Source: Gemmatimonadota bacterium (GTDB taxonomy: Bacteria; Gemmatimonadota; Gemmatimonadetes; Gemmatimonadales; GWC2-71-9). Taken from it: a stretch of 64,000 bases of DNA. The translations under genes and the position numbers were made by a program. Below the pieces are notes generated by a model, which was given only the letters and a program-made list of their open reading frames with translations, was not told where the DNA came from and searched no databases. Shown one piece after another: positions 1 through 9,621 of this stretch. The stretch spans positions 5,544 to 69,543 of the forward strand of contig JBGPLG010000001.1 of the NCBI GenBank assembly GCA_041486305.1. Reading direction: 5' to 3'. The first letter of the stretch is position 1. The number at the start of each line of letters is the position of its first letter.

Positions 1-1
1 G

Positions 2-661
2 CGGGAGGGCAGTGTCGGCGGCGGGACCGGGATGGTGTGCAATGAATTCAAGGGCGGCACCGGCACCTCGAGCCGACGAATCGCGATCGGCGCGAGGAGC
101 TACACGGTGGGCGTGCTGGTGCAGTGCAACTACGGGCGCCGGACGCGTCTCGAAGTAGCCGGCGTGCCGGTGGGACGGGAGATCCCCGATCTCCTCCCCT
201 GCAAGGCGGCGCTGCCCGAGGGAGGCTACGGCCTGCCCGGACGCGATGCCGAGCCGTGCGGCCTCCCGGGACGGAGCGGGGAGGAACAGGGCTCCATCAT
301 CGTGGTTGTGGCCACCGACGCGCCGCTGCTGCCGTCGCAGCTCAAGCGAGTGGCCAAACGCGCCGCGCTCGGCATCGGGAGGATGGGCGGCATCGGGGGC
401 GATTCCTCGGGCGATATCTTCATCGCGTTCTCCACCGCCAACGCCGGCGCCGCACCGGATACCGGGCTGGTGACCGCGACGTTCATCCCGAACAACGTCA
501 TCAACCCGGTCTTCGAGGCTACGGTGGACGCGACCTCGGAGGCCATCCTCAACGCGATGCTCGCGGCGGAGACGATGACCGGCGCCGACGGCTACCGGGT
601 CTACGCGTTGCCGCACGACCGGCTGATGGCGGCGCTCCGGAAGTACGGGAGGGTGAGATGA
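2..661 (+). CDS. P1/S58 (DmpA-type) aminopeptidase family protein, C-terminal part; the 5' end lies off-window
   Basis: The frame is open from the window edge. It contains the KGGTGTSS and ATDAPL motifs typical of the DmpA/Ntn-hydrolase family. Its stop overlaps the next start (ATGA). Confidence 0.8.
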   Translation, partial: REGSVGGGTGMVCNEFKGGTGTSSRRIAIGARSYTVGVLVQCNYGRRTRLEVAGVPVGREIPDLLPCKAALPEGGYGLPGRDAEPCGLPGRSGEEQGSIIVVVATDAPLLPSQLKRVAKRAALGIGRMGGIGGDSSGDIFIAFSTANAGAAPDTGLVTATFIPNNVINPVFEATVDATSEAILNAMLAAETMTGADGYRVYALPHDRLMAALRKYGRVR

Positions 662-2178
662 CCGGGACCAGGATTCAGGGTTCGGGCGTCAGGGCGTGGG
701 TGGCCTGCCTGGTGGCGGTCACCGGGTGCTCGCCGAACCCGCAGCCGTCGGCTCCTCCGGCGCCGCGGGACGACGGCGCCATTCACGTCATCCTGCTCCA
801 CATCAACGACGTCTACGAGATCACCCCGGTCGAGGCCGGCCGGTCCGGGGGGCTGGCGCGGGTGGCCACGGTGCTGGCCCGGCTCCGGCAGGGCAATCCC
901 GCCACCCGCATGCTGCTGGCCGGTGACTTCGTCTCCCCCTCCGCCCTGGGCACCGCGCGGGTCAACGGCGAGCGGCTGGGCGGGCGGCAGATGATCGCGG
1001 TGCTCAACGCCGCGGGGCTCGACGCCGCCACCCTGGGCAACCACGAGTTCGACATCTCCGAGGCCCAGCTGAGCCAGCGGATCCAGGAGTCGAAGTTCGG
1101 CTATCTGTCCACCAACGTGACCGATTCGGCGGGCCAGCCGCTGCTGGGCATCCCGCGCCACCTGATCATGCGCATCACCGACGCCCGAGGGCGGATCGCG
1201 CGCGTGGCGCTCGTCGCAGCGACGGTGGACCAGGTGCACCGCCCCAACCTCCGCTACCTCCCCAGCGTGGATGCACTGCGCCGGGAGCTGGCGCTGCTCC
1301 GGGACAGTGCCGACGCGTTCGTGGCGCTGACTCATCTCCGCCTCGCGGACGACGTGACCCTGGCCGACTCGCTCCCCGAGCTCGACCTGATCCTGGGCGG
1401 CCATGAGCACGAGAACTGGTCGATCCGCCGGGGCGACCGGTTCACCCCGATCATCAAGGCCGACGCCAACGTGCGCTCGGTGGCGATCGTCGACCTGACC
1501 GTCGGCCCCGGCAGCCGGCCCTTCGTCACCTGGCGCATCGTGACCATCACCGACTCGATCCCGGAAGCACCCCTGGTGGCCGCCGAGGCCCGGCGCTGGA
1601 CTGCGATCGCGTATGACGCATTCCGCAAGGACGGGCTCGAGCCGGAGCGGGTCATCGCCACCCTGCCGGCCCCGCTCGATGCCCGGGAGACGATCATCCG
1701 GAACGGGGAAAACGACTTCTCCCGGCTCCTGACCCAGGCGCTGCTGAAGGAAGCGCCGGACGCCGACCTGGCCCTCATGAACAGCGGTTCGGTCCGGCTG
1801 GACGACATCCTGCCGCCGGGGCCGATCACCGAGTACGACGTGATCCGCCTGCTGCCGTTCGGAGGGAAGACCGTCGAGGTGGAGATGACCGGCGCACTGC
1901 TGCGCCAGGTCCTGGAGCAGGGAGACAAGAATCGCGGCATCGGCGGTTTCCTGCTTCGCGCCGGCGCCGACACCGGGCCGGGAGGCTGGAGCATCGCCGG
2001 ATCACCGCTCGATCCGGAGAAGCGCTACCGGGTGGCCACCACGGACTTCCTGGTGTCGGGCGCGGAGCAGAACCTCGGCTATCTGAGTGAGAAGAACCCC
2101 GGCCTCCGGATGCTTCGCGCCCTGCGCGACATTCGCCTGGTGGTGATCGCCGAGCTGACCAGGCGCTACGGACGCTAG
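658..2178 (+). CDS. bifunctional metallophosphatase/5'-nucleotidase lipoprotein
   Basis: The internal ATG at 658 gives a signal peptide with a lipobox (VTGCSP). GNHEFD and GGHEH metallophosphatase motifs are present, followed by a C-terminal 5'-nucleotidase-like domain. The upstream part of ORF 124..2178 is an R/G-rich artefact. Confidence 0.85.
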   Translation: MTGTRIQGSGVRAWVACLVAVTGCSPNPQPSAPPAPRDDGAIHVILLHINDVYEITPVEAGRSGGLARVATVLARLRQGNPATRMLLAGDFVSPSALGTARVNGERLGGRQMIAVLNAAGLDAATLGNHEFDISEAQLSQRIQESKFGYLSTNVTDSAGQPLLGIPRHLIMRITDARGRIARVALVAATVDQVHRPNLRYLPSVDALRRELALLRDSADAFVALTHLRLADDVTLADSLPELDLILGGHEHENWSIRRGDRFTPIIKADANVRSVAIVDLTVGPGSRPFVTWRIVTITDSIPEAPLVAAEARRWTAIAYDAFRKDGLEPERVIATLPAPLDARETIIRNGENDFSRLLTQALLKEAPDADLALMNSGSVRLDDILPPGPITEYDVIRLLPFGGKTVEVEMTGALLRQVLEQGDKNRGIGGFLLRAGADTGPGGWSIAGSPLDPEKRYRVATTDFLVSGAEQNLGYLSEKNPGLRMLRALRDIRLVVIAELTRRYGR

Positions 2179-2817
2179 CTAACCCGGCAGCCTGATGATC
2201 CCGCGGTCCAGCGCCGTGGTCACGGCGGCGGTCCGGTCCGACACGCCGAGCTTCTGATAGATGTGAAGCAGGTGAGACTTCACCGTCGCCTCCGAGATGC
2301 TGAGCCCCGTCCCGACTTCCTTGTTGCTCTGGCCCGCCGCCACGCGCTGGAGCACTTCGAGCTCGCGGGAGCTGAGCGCCGAGCGGTCCGCGTCGCTCCG
2401 CCGGCTGGAGAGCCGGGCCGCGACGGCGGGAGCCAGCGCGGGGCTTCCCCGCGTCGTAGCCCGGATTCCCCGAAACAGCTCCTCCCGCGGAGCGTCCTTC
2501 AGCAGGTAGCCGGAGGCGCCGGCCTCGATGGCCAGGAGGATATCGGCGTCCGTGTCGTAGGTGGTCAGCACGATGATGCGCACCGCCGACAGCTCCTTCC
2601 GGATCGCCCGGATCGCGGTGACGCCGTCCATTTCCGGCATGCGGAGGTCCATGAGCACCACACCCGGCCGGAGCCGGGCGGCCCGCTCCAGCGCCGCGCG
2701 TCCGTTCTCCGCCTCGCCCACCACCTCGAAGTCCGACTGACTCTCCAGCATGCCGCGGACGCCGGCGCGAACGACGGGGTGATCGTCCACGATGAGAATC
2801 CGGATCACGGCACTCAT
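2179..2817 (-). CDS. NarL/LuxR-family response regulator
   Basis: Starts at MSAVIRILIVDDHP. It has a receiver domain (DLRMPEMDG) and a C-terminal LuxR HTH (ELEVLQRVAAGQSNKEVG). The start overlaps the kinase stop (ATGA). Confidence 0.9.
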   Translation of the reverse strand: MSAVIRILIVDDHPVVRAGVRGMLESQSDFEVVGEAENGRAALERAARLRPGVVLMDLRMPEMDGVTAIRAIRKELSAVRIIVLTTYDTDADILLAIEAGASGYLLKDAPREELFRGIRATTRGSPALAPAVAARLSSRRSDADRSALSSRELEVLQRVAAGQSNKEVGTGLSISEATVKSHLLHIYQKLGVSDRTAAVTTALDRGIIRLPG

Positions 2818-4001
2818 GCGCCGGATTCCACCGGCAGGCTCACCGTGAGGGTGGTTCCCTCGCCGGGCTGGGATTCCAGGATCAGCCGCCCGCCCAGCCC
2901 TCGGACCCGCTCGTCCAGCGCCTTGAGGCCGAAGCCACCGCCACCAGCGGGGCGCCCGCTCCCGATCCCGGCTCCGTCGTCCCTCACGTCGAGCGCGACT
3001 TCGTCCTCCATGTAGCTGAGAGTGACCGTGACGTGGCTGGCCCCGGCGTGGGTCTTCACGTTGTTGAGGGCCTCGCGCGCCGCCTGGAGGATCGCCGTCT
3101 CGCGATTGGGATCGAGCTCGCGGGCCGTGCCGGTCAGGACGTGCCGCCCCCGGACGCCGCTCCGGGCGGACCATTCGGCCAACTGCCGCTCGAGCACCAC
3201 GGTCAGCGGGGCGCCGTCCCGGAGATCGGGCCGGAGGTCCCACACCAGACGGCGGGACGCTTCGAGGCTCTCGCGCGCGAGCGCCTTGGCCTCCGCGACA
3301 TGCCCGGCGATTCCGGGATCGGCGCCCCCCGGCGCGGCTTCGGCCGCTTCGAGGTGCGTGACGATCCCGACGAAGCCCTGGGCCACCGTGTCGTGGATCT
3401 GCTGCGCCAGCCGCTGGCGCTCCGCCTGGATGCCGGCCTGCCGCTCCGCCGCGGCGAGGCTGGCCCGGGTGGACTCCAGTTCATCGATCAGCCGTTTCCG
3501 CTCGATACTCTGCCGGATGATCGAGTGGATGAACAGCGCGAGCATCACCGAGGAGGCCACCGCCAGCAGAATCGCGAGAATGTCGCCCGGGCCGACCCGC
3601 ACCCGCCATCCGTTGCCGGCCAGAAGCATGATGCCCGAGAGCGCGATCCCGCTGGGGATCGAGTAGCGGATGCTGAGCAGCGAGTAGGTAACCGGGAACA
3701 TGAACGCGGCGAATGCGTAGGCCGCCGGATGGAGCGGGAGGATCAGCGCCCAAATGACCAGTCCGAGCAGATAGAAGCCGTACGACCAGGGAAGCGAGGC
3801 GACCAGCCGGGCCCGGCCCAGGCTCTGGATCCCGACGTACCAGATCACCAGAGCCCCGAACAGCGCCCAGAAGTGCGCCGCATCGGGCCATCCCTCCGGC
3901 GCCGAGAATGCCACCGAGAATCCGACGACGACGAACGCCGCCCCGGCCAGCAGGCGCCAGCCGAGGATCCACTGTCGGGACATGTTCGAAGGAGTCGTCA
4001 T
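2814..4001 (-). CDS. sensor histidine kinase, DesK/NarX type (HisKA_3)
   Basis: N-terminal multi-TM region, H-box QQIHDTVAQ, and an HATPase_c region (DDGAGIG, GGFGL). Confidence 0.9.
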   Translation of the reverse strand: MTTPSNMSRQWILGWRLLAGAAFVVVGFSVAFSAPEGWPDAAHFWALFGALVIWYVGIQSLGRARLVASLPWSYGFYLLGLVIWALILPLHPAAYAFAAFMFPVTYSLLSIRYSIPSGIALSGIMLLAGNGWRVRVGPGDILAILLAVASSVMLALFIHSIIRQSIERKRLIDELESTRASLAAAERQAGIQAERQRLAQQIHDTVAQGFVGIVTHLEAAEAAPGGADPGIAGHVAEAKALARESLEASRRLVWDLRPDLRDGAPLTVVLERQLAEWSARSGVRGRHVLTGTARELDPNRETAILQAAREALNNVKTHAGASHVTVTLSYMEDEVALDVRDDGAGIGSGRPAGGGGFGLKALDERVRGLGGRLILESQPGEGTTLTVSLPVESGA

Positions 4002-4735
4002 TCCCAGCGGAAGTTACGCACCGCGATGCCGCCCGCCACAAGGAGGGCTCCCAGGAGCACGGCCAGCGACACCGGGCGCCATTGCGCGGTCAGCCAGAAT
4101 CCGGCGATCAGCTCGTTGACGTGGGTGAGTGGGAGCAGGCTGGAGACGCGCTGGACTCCGGCGGGCATCAGCGCCCGCGGAAACGCGGAGCCGGAGAGAA
4201 ACAGCATCGGAAAATAGATGGCCATGCCGATGGCCTGGGCGCTGCGCGCGGTCCCGGCCACCGCCGCCAGCATCCCGCCGATGCTCATGATGCTGGCGCT
4301 GCCGATCACGATCGCCGCCAGCACGCCGAGGGGGGCCGCGGGCATGCGGAGGTGAAACGCGAGCCGCCCGGCAACGATGAGGAGCCCGATACCGAGCAGC
4401 GACGTCAGGAAACCCACGATGCCCTGGGCCAGCAGCAGCGTCGACGGCCGAATCGGCGTAACCCGGAACCGCCGGAAGATGCCCTGCTCCCGGTAGGTGG
4501 CCACCCATCCGGGTACGCCCATGAGCCCGGTGGTACCGAGAATCATCCCGATGTAGCCGGGAACGCTCAGGTCCATGGCGCCACCGGGCTGCCCGACGAT
4601 GGGCCGGTTGCCGAAAATGGCGCCGAACACGAACAGCAGCAGCAGCGGGAAGGCGAGAATGAAGAACGCCGCGCGGGGGTTCCGGAAAAAGAGCCGCAGC
4701 TCGATTTCGGTGAGCTTGAGCAGTGGCTGGGCCAT
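3998..4735 (-). CDS. ABC-2 family transporter permease
   Basis: 245 aa, six predicted TM segments, and an ABC-2 type N-terminus (LRLFFRNPRAAFF). Its stop overlaps the kinase start. Confidence 0.85.
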   Translation of the reverse strand: MAQPLLKLTEIELRLFFRNPRAAFFILAFPLLLLFVFGAIFGNRPIVGQPGGAMDLSVPGYIGMILGTTGLMGVPGWVATYREQGIFRRFRVTPIRPSTLLLAQGIVGFLTSLLGIGLLIVAGRLAFHLRMPAAPLGVLAAIVIGSASIMSIGGMLAAVAGTARSAQAIGMAIYFPMLFLSGSAFPRALMPAGVQRVSSLLPLTHVNELIAGFWLTAQWRPVSLAVLLGALLVAGGIAVRNFRWE

Positions 4736-5646
4736 CAGTCGCGGACCTCCCGGCCGGTCAGGGCGAGAAACACGTCCTCGAGGGTGGAGCGCTCGGACCG
4801 GAAGTCGAGGGGCGGCTCCGCGAGAGTGGCGAGGCGCGCGGCCACGTGCACCAGCAGCGGGCCGTGGCCCGAGACCACCACCTCGGCGCCGTCGCGCTCC
4901 AGCCGCTCCACGCCGGGCGCCCCCTGGATCAGCGCGGGATCGAATCCCGGTGGCGCGGTGAAGCGGACCCGCGCGCCGGAACGCTGCTGCGCGATGAGGC
5001 GGCCCGGGGTGTCCTGCGCCACGATCCGGCCCCGGTCGATCACCAGCACCCGATCGCAGAGGACTTCGGCCTCATCCATGAAATGGGTGACCAGGATGAC
5101 GGTGGCGCCCCGATCCCGGACCGCCCGGACCAGGTCCCACGTGGCCCTGCGGGCCTGGGGATCGAGGCCGGTGGTGAGCTCGTCCAGCACCACGAGCTCG
5201 GGACGGTTCACCAGCGCCATCGCGATGAACAGCCGTTGCTTCTGCCCGCCGGAGAGATCGCCGAAGGCCGCGTTCCGCCGCTCGTCCAGGCCCCACTGCG
5301 CAATCAGCTGCTCGGGATCCTCCGCGCGGGAATAGAGCGACGCGAATAGCTCCACCGCTTCGTGGACCCGAAGCCGGTCCTGCAGCGCCGCGGCCTGGAG
5401 CTGCACGCCGATCCGTTCCCGGATCGTGTTGGACCGCGCTGCGGGGTCCTCGCCGAACACCTCGACGGTCCCGGCGTCCCGCGACTTGAGGCCGAGGAGG
5501 CACTCGATCGTCGTGGTCTTGCCGGCGCCATTGGGGCCGACGATCCCGATGATCTCGCCGCGTTCCACCTCGAATGAAACATCGTTCACCGCAGCCAGGC
5601 TTCCGTAGCGCTTGCCCAGCCCCCGTACCCTGACAATCGGTTCCAT
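4735..5646 (-). CDS. ABC transporter ATP-binding protein (ABC-2 exporter type)
   Basis: Walker A GPNGAGKTT, signature LSGGQKQR, Walker B LVVLDE. GAAAGGA Shine-Dalgarno upstream. Confidence 0.92.
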   Translation of the reverse strand: MEPIVRVRGLGKRYGSLAAVNDVSFEVERGEIIGIVGPNGAGKTTTIECLLGLKSRDAGTVEVFGEDPAARSNTIRERIGVQLQAAALQDRLRVHEAVELFASLYSRAEDPEQLIAQWGLDERRNAAFGDLSGGQKQRLFIAMALVNRPELVVLDELTTGLDPQARRATWDLVRAVRDRGATVILVTHFMDEAEVLCDRVLVIDRGRIVAQDTPGRLIAQQRSGARVRFTAPPGFDPALIQGAPGVERLERDGAEVVVSGHGPLLVHVAARLATLAEPPLDFRSERSTLEDVFLALTGREVRD

Positions 5647-5746
5647 GCCCGTCCTTTCGTGGTGCCCAAGGGTACCTCACCGGCTGGGCCACGGCATCCA
5701 CCATCCGGTGGATGTGCCGCCGGACCCCGATCGGTATCCTCATTCC

Positions 5747-7900
5747 ATGAGATTCGCCATCATCGCGGTCCTGGCGCTCGTCCCGTTTTCAACACTCGCG
5801 GCCCAGGCCGACTCCACCCACGTGGTGCGCGGCGCGGTCCGGGACTCGGCCGGCAAGCCGGTGCCGGGAGTGGATGTGTTCATCCTCAGCACGCTCGAAG
5901 GGGGAGCCACCGACACCCTGGGTCGCTTCGCGTTCCGTAGCTCGGCGCGCGGCCCGGTGACGCTGGTGGCCCGGAAGATCGGTCATCCGCCGGTCCGGCT
6001 GCCGGTGACGCTGCCGTCGGCCGCGCCGGTGGAGATCGTGCTGGAAGCCGAGGCCGTGGCGCTGGAGGAGATTTCCGTGTCGGCGGGCACCTACATCGCC
6101 GGGGAGGAGCGCGGCGCGCAGCTCACCCCGCTCGAGGTGGCCACGACTCCGGGAACCACCGCCGACATCGGGCGCACCATCCAGACCCTTCCCGGCGTAC
6201 AAAGCGTGGATGAAGGGAACGCGCTCTTCGTACGCGGCGGCGACTACCTGGAAACCAAGGTCTTCGTCAACGACGCGTTGCTGCTGAGCGGCTTTCGCTA
6301 CGACAACCCCACCGGCACATTCGCCAACACGCCCAACGCGTTTCTGCTGGACGGGATCTTCTTTTCCTCGGGCGGGTTCGGCGCGAGGTTCGGCAACGCG
6401 CTCTCCGGCTTGGTGAGCCTCCGCACCCTGGGCCGCCCGGTCAAGAACCTCGGCAACCTGAGTGCCGGGTTAGGGGCATTGTCGGCCAGCGGCGGATGGG
6501 CCCCCTCCGCCACGGTGGGGATGCGGGCCACCATCACCCGCTTCAGCACCGGCCCGATCTTCTGGCTCAACGGGACGCCCCGCGAATACGACCCCGCGCC
6601 CAACGGCACCGACGCGAGCGTGAGCGCCACCTGGACCTATCGCCAGAACGGCGAGCTCAAGATCTTCGCGATCGACCAGCTGAACCGGCTGGGCCTCGTG
6701 CAGGATCTGCCCGATGCCACCGACACCTACCGCAACCGGACCCGGAATTCGGTGGCGATCCTCTCCTGGCGCGACACCTTCGGGCGGTTCTCCGAGACCG
6801 CGACCTTCGCGATCGGCAAGCGGCGCCAGAACGAGTCCTTCGGGGGGTTCTTCGACCTGGAGCAGGGGTCCACGCTCGGTAACTTCTTCACCTATGCGGG
6901 TTACGATTTCACGGACCGGGTGACGGTGCGCGCCGGGGACGAGTGGGAGCGTCAGGAAGGAACCTTTTCCGGGCGGAAGGGCGTGGTGCTCGATTCACGG
7001 ACCACCGACGATCGCTTGGCCGCATTCATCGAGTCGGACTGGCGGGTCGGCCAGCGGCTCAAGCTGACACCCGGTCTCAGGACCGACCGGGCGAGCCTTC
7101 CGGGAAAGCGCACCTGGGACCCGCGATTCGCCGCGGCGTGGCTGGTGGGGAACGATGCCACCGTCACCCTGGCGGCGGGTGTCTACCACCAGGTCCCGGA
7201 CCCGCTCTTCTACGACGCCGCGCTGGGCCATCCGGGCCTCGAGCCGATGCGCGCCGATCAGGTGGTCGGCGGGTTCCAGCTCGGCGAGGGCGAGCGGATC
7301 CTCCGCATCGAGGGCTATGCCAAGCGCTACCGACACCTGGCCCAGATGACCCGGGATAATGCCGTGGTTGACGGGGGGGTCGGGACCAGCACGGGCTTCG
7401 ATTTCTTCCTCAAGGGGAGCACAGTCTGGAAGGTGACCGGCCGGCTGGCATACAGCTACATCCACGCCCGGCGCACCGACCCCGACACCGGGATTCCCGC
7501 GCCGGCCCCGGCGGACATCACCCACGCGCTGACACTGGTCCTGGAACGGCCGATCGGCCAGTCGGTCAAATCCGGCATCGCGGCGCATTACGCCACCGGA
7601 CGGCCCTACACCCGCGTAGTCTCCGCGGCCTCGGACCCCTCGGGTAACGGGTTTACCCCTACCTTCGGCCCGCCGATGGGCAGCCGGGTACCGCCGCTCA
7701 TCCGTCTCGACGCCAATGTGAGTAAGATCGTGTCCCTCGGACCCAAGGCGTTCGTGGTGCTCTACGGCTCGGTCAACAACCTGCTGGGACGGGAAAACAT
7801 CTACCAGTACACCTACACCCGCGACTACAGTCGGCGAATCGCCGTACCAAGTCTGTTCAACCGGTCCTTCTATTTCGGCGCGACCCTCACCACCCGGTAA
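5747..7900 (+). CDS. TonB-dependent receptor-like outer-membrane protein with N-terminal carboxypeptidase-regulatory-like domain
   Basis: The ATG at 5747 gives a signal peptide (ALVPFSTLAAQA). A CarboxypepD_reg-like segment (VRGAVRDSAGKPVPGVDV), a plug-like segment (TLPGVQSVDEGNALFVRGG) and a long beta-barrel region follow. Confidence 0.75.
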   Translation: MRFAIIAVLALVPFSTLAAQADSTHVVRGAVRDSAGKPVPGVDVFILSTLEGGATDTLGRFAFRSSARGPVTLVARKIGHPPVRLPVTLPSAAPVEIVLEAEAVALEEISVSAGTYIAGEERGAQLTPLEVATTPGTTADIGRTIQTLPGVQSVDEGNALFVRGGDYLETKVFVNDALLLSGFRYDNPTGTFANTPNAFLLDGIFFSSGGFGARFGNALSGLVSLRTLGRPVKNLGNLSAGLGALSASGGWAPSATVGMRATITRFSTGPIFWLNGTPREYDPAPNGTDASVSATWTYRQNGELKIFAIDQLNRLGLVQDLPDATDTYRNRTRNSVAILSWRDTFGRFSETATFAIGKRRQNESFGGFFDLEQGSTLGNFFTYAGYDFTDRVTVRAGDEWERQEGTFSGRKGVVLDSRTTDDRLAAFIESDWRVGQRLKLTPGLRTDRASLPGKRTWDPRFAAAWLVGNDATVTLAAGVYHQVPDPLFYDAALGHPGLEPMRADQVVGGFQLGEGERILRIEGYAKRYRHLAQMTRDNAVVDGGVGTSTGFDFFLKGSTVWKVTGRLAYSYIHARRTDPDTGIPAPAPADITHALTLVLERPIGQSVKSGIAAHYATGRPYTRVVSAASDPSGNGFTPTFGPPMGSRVPPLIRLDANVSKIVSLGPKAFVVLYGSVNNLLGRENIYQYTYTRDYSRRIAVPSLFNRSFYFGATLTTR

Positions 7901-7907
7901 CGCTCCC

Positions 7908-8708
7908 ATGCGACCAATGACGATGTTTGCCACGATGCTGCTCGCTACAACGACACTTACCGCCTTACCGCCCTGCCGGCTTACCGACTTGCACGCGCAG
8001 GGATCTCCCGATCCGCTCACCCTGGCCGAAAACCTGCGCGGAGAAATCCAGGCGGGATGGCTCGCGGGAGACCGGCCTCGCCTCGAGGCGGCACGCAAGC
8101 TGGCGGACCGGGCCACGGTGCTGTACCCGAAGAATGCTCTTCTGCAGCACTACCTGGGCTATGCGGCCTATCGGTCGGTCCAGCTCCCCGAAACATCGGA
8201 CGAAGCCAAGAAGGCCTTGCTCGTCCAGGGCCTGTCGGCGCTCGCCACCGCGAACCAGCTGGAGCCGATGGCGGAGTCCTACATCCTGCGCTGGGCAATG
8301 ATGGCGGAGACCATCACCGATGCCGGCTCCGCAATGGCCGTGGTGGGCGCCATGCAGGAGGAGTTGGCCCAGGCCATGCGGCTTGGCAAGGAGAATCCCC
8401 GGGTCTGGCTGGTGGACGGGGTCGGCAGCTTCTTCACACCGCCGATGTGGGGCGGCGGTCCCGAAACGGCCCTGCAGCATCTGACCAAAGCCGAAGCGCT
8501 CTTCAAGACCGACCACCCCGGCAAGGCGATGCCCGATTGGGGGCGCGCGGAGGTCTACGCCTGGCTCGGCGTGATGCACCAGAAGCTGGGCCACACCGAC
8601 GAGAGCCGGCGGGCCTACCAGGAGGCGTTGCGCATCGAGCCCGGCCTCCTCTGGGTGAAGGACGGGCTCCTCCCCGGCCTGGAAAAGGGAATTCAGCCGT
8701 TTCCCTGA
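7908..8708 (+). CDS. secreted TPR-like hypothetical protein
   Basis: N-terminal signal-like sequence and a C-terminal TPR-like helix pair (AEVYAWLGVMHQKLGHTDESRRAYQEALRIEP). It starts 7 nt after the receptor gene. Confidence 0.6.
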   Translation: MRPMTMFATMLLATTTLTALPPCRLTDLHAQGSPDPLTLAENLRGEIQAGWLAGDRPRLEAARKLADRATVLYPKNALLQHYLGYAAYRSVQLPETSDEAKKALLVQGLSALATANQLEPMAESYILRWAMMAETITDAGSAMAVVGAMQEELAQAMRLGKENPRVWLVDGVGSFFTPPMWGGGPETALQHLTKAEALFKTDHPGKAMPDWGRAEVYAWLGVMHQKLGHTDESRRAYQEALRIEPGLLWVKDGLLPGLEKGIQPFP

Positions 8709-8709
8709 G

Positions 8710-9621
8710 TTACTTCCCGAGTCCGGCCGGTGCCCTGGCCTTTCCTACCGCTCCGGCCAGCGCCAGCAGCGCCAGCGCATAGGGCATCACCAGGAAGAGC
8801 TGATAGGGCACCGCCAGTCCCATGGCCTGGAACGCGAACTGAAGTGCGCTCGCCGCACCGAACAGCAGCGCGGCGAGCAGGACGCCCGCCGGATGCCATC
8901 GCCCCAGCACCACGATGGCGATGGCGATGAAGCCCCGGCCCGCCGTCATCTTCTCGGCGAACGTTCCGACTTGGGCCAGTACCAGGGTCGCGCCGGCCAG
9001 CCCCGCCAGCCCACCCCCCACGAGAGTGGACATGACCTGCACTCGTCTCACCGGAACACCCGACGCCCGTGCCGCCTCGGCCGACTCACCCGTCGCACGG
9101 AGCGCCAGGCCCCACCAGCTCCGGAACAGGAACCACCAGGCCGCCGGAATCAGCAGCCACGCGATGTAAGTGAGCGCTGGCTGGCTGAACAAGGACTGGC
9201 CTATGACGGGAATCGAGGAGATTCCTGGTATCGGCACCACGGCGAAGGTCGGTAGCGTCAGGCCCGGCCCTCCCGAGCCGAAGGCCGTCCTATATAAGGC
9301 CCCGGTCAGTCCCACCGATCCCAGCGTGATCGCGGTGCCGCTGATGATCTGATCGGCCCGGGCGCCGATGGCCACCACGGCGAAGACCCCCGCGACCAGC
9401 ACGCCGGCTACGACCGCCAGAAGGGTCCCGGCCCACGGTCCACCCGCCGCCGCGCCCACCGCCGAGGCCAGCGCCCCGGCAAGCATCGCCCCTTCGACAC
9501 CGAGGTTGATCACACCCGCGCGCTCATTCAGCATTTCCCCGGTGGCCGCCAGGAGCAGCGGGGTCGAGATCCTGATCGACGCGGCGAGGAAGCCGGTCAG
9601 CACCGTCATGTCTTCGGTCAC
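8710..9621 (-). CDS. ABC transporter permease (BMP/nucleoside-sugar type)
   Basis: Multi-TM. The N-terminus STPLLLAATGEMLNERAGVINLGVEG is typical of the RbsC/YufQ family. GTGA overlap with the upstream permease. Confidence 0.85.
   Translation of the reverse strand: MTEDMTVLTGFLAASIRISTPLLLAATGEMLNERAGVINLGVEGAMLAGALASAVGAAAGGPWAGTLLAVVAGVLVAGVFAVVAIGARADQIISGTAITLGSVGLTGALYRTAFGSGGPGLTLPTFAVVPIPGISSIPVIGQSLFSQPALTYIAWLLIPAAWWFLFRSWWGLALRATGESAEAARASGVPVRRVQVMSTLVGGGLAGLAGATLVLAQVGTFAEKMTAGRGFIAIAIVVLGRWHPAGVLLAALLFGAASALQFAFQAMGLAVPYQLFLVMPYALALLALAGAVGKARAPAGLGK

Noticed and set aside
124-657. 5' extensions of several track ORFs (124..2178, 2179..3243, 5612..7900, 22003..23598, 27671..29320, 28954..29868, 42694..44310, 43821..44735, 44618..47080, 49991..51574).
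   Set aside because: The extensions overlap the upstream gene and are R/P/G-rich. Internal starts give proper signal peptides or conserved N-termini, and they often form ATGA/GTGA overlaps with the neighbouring gene.
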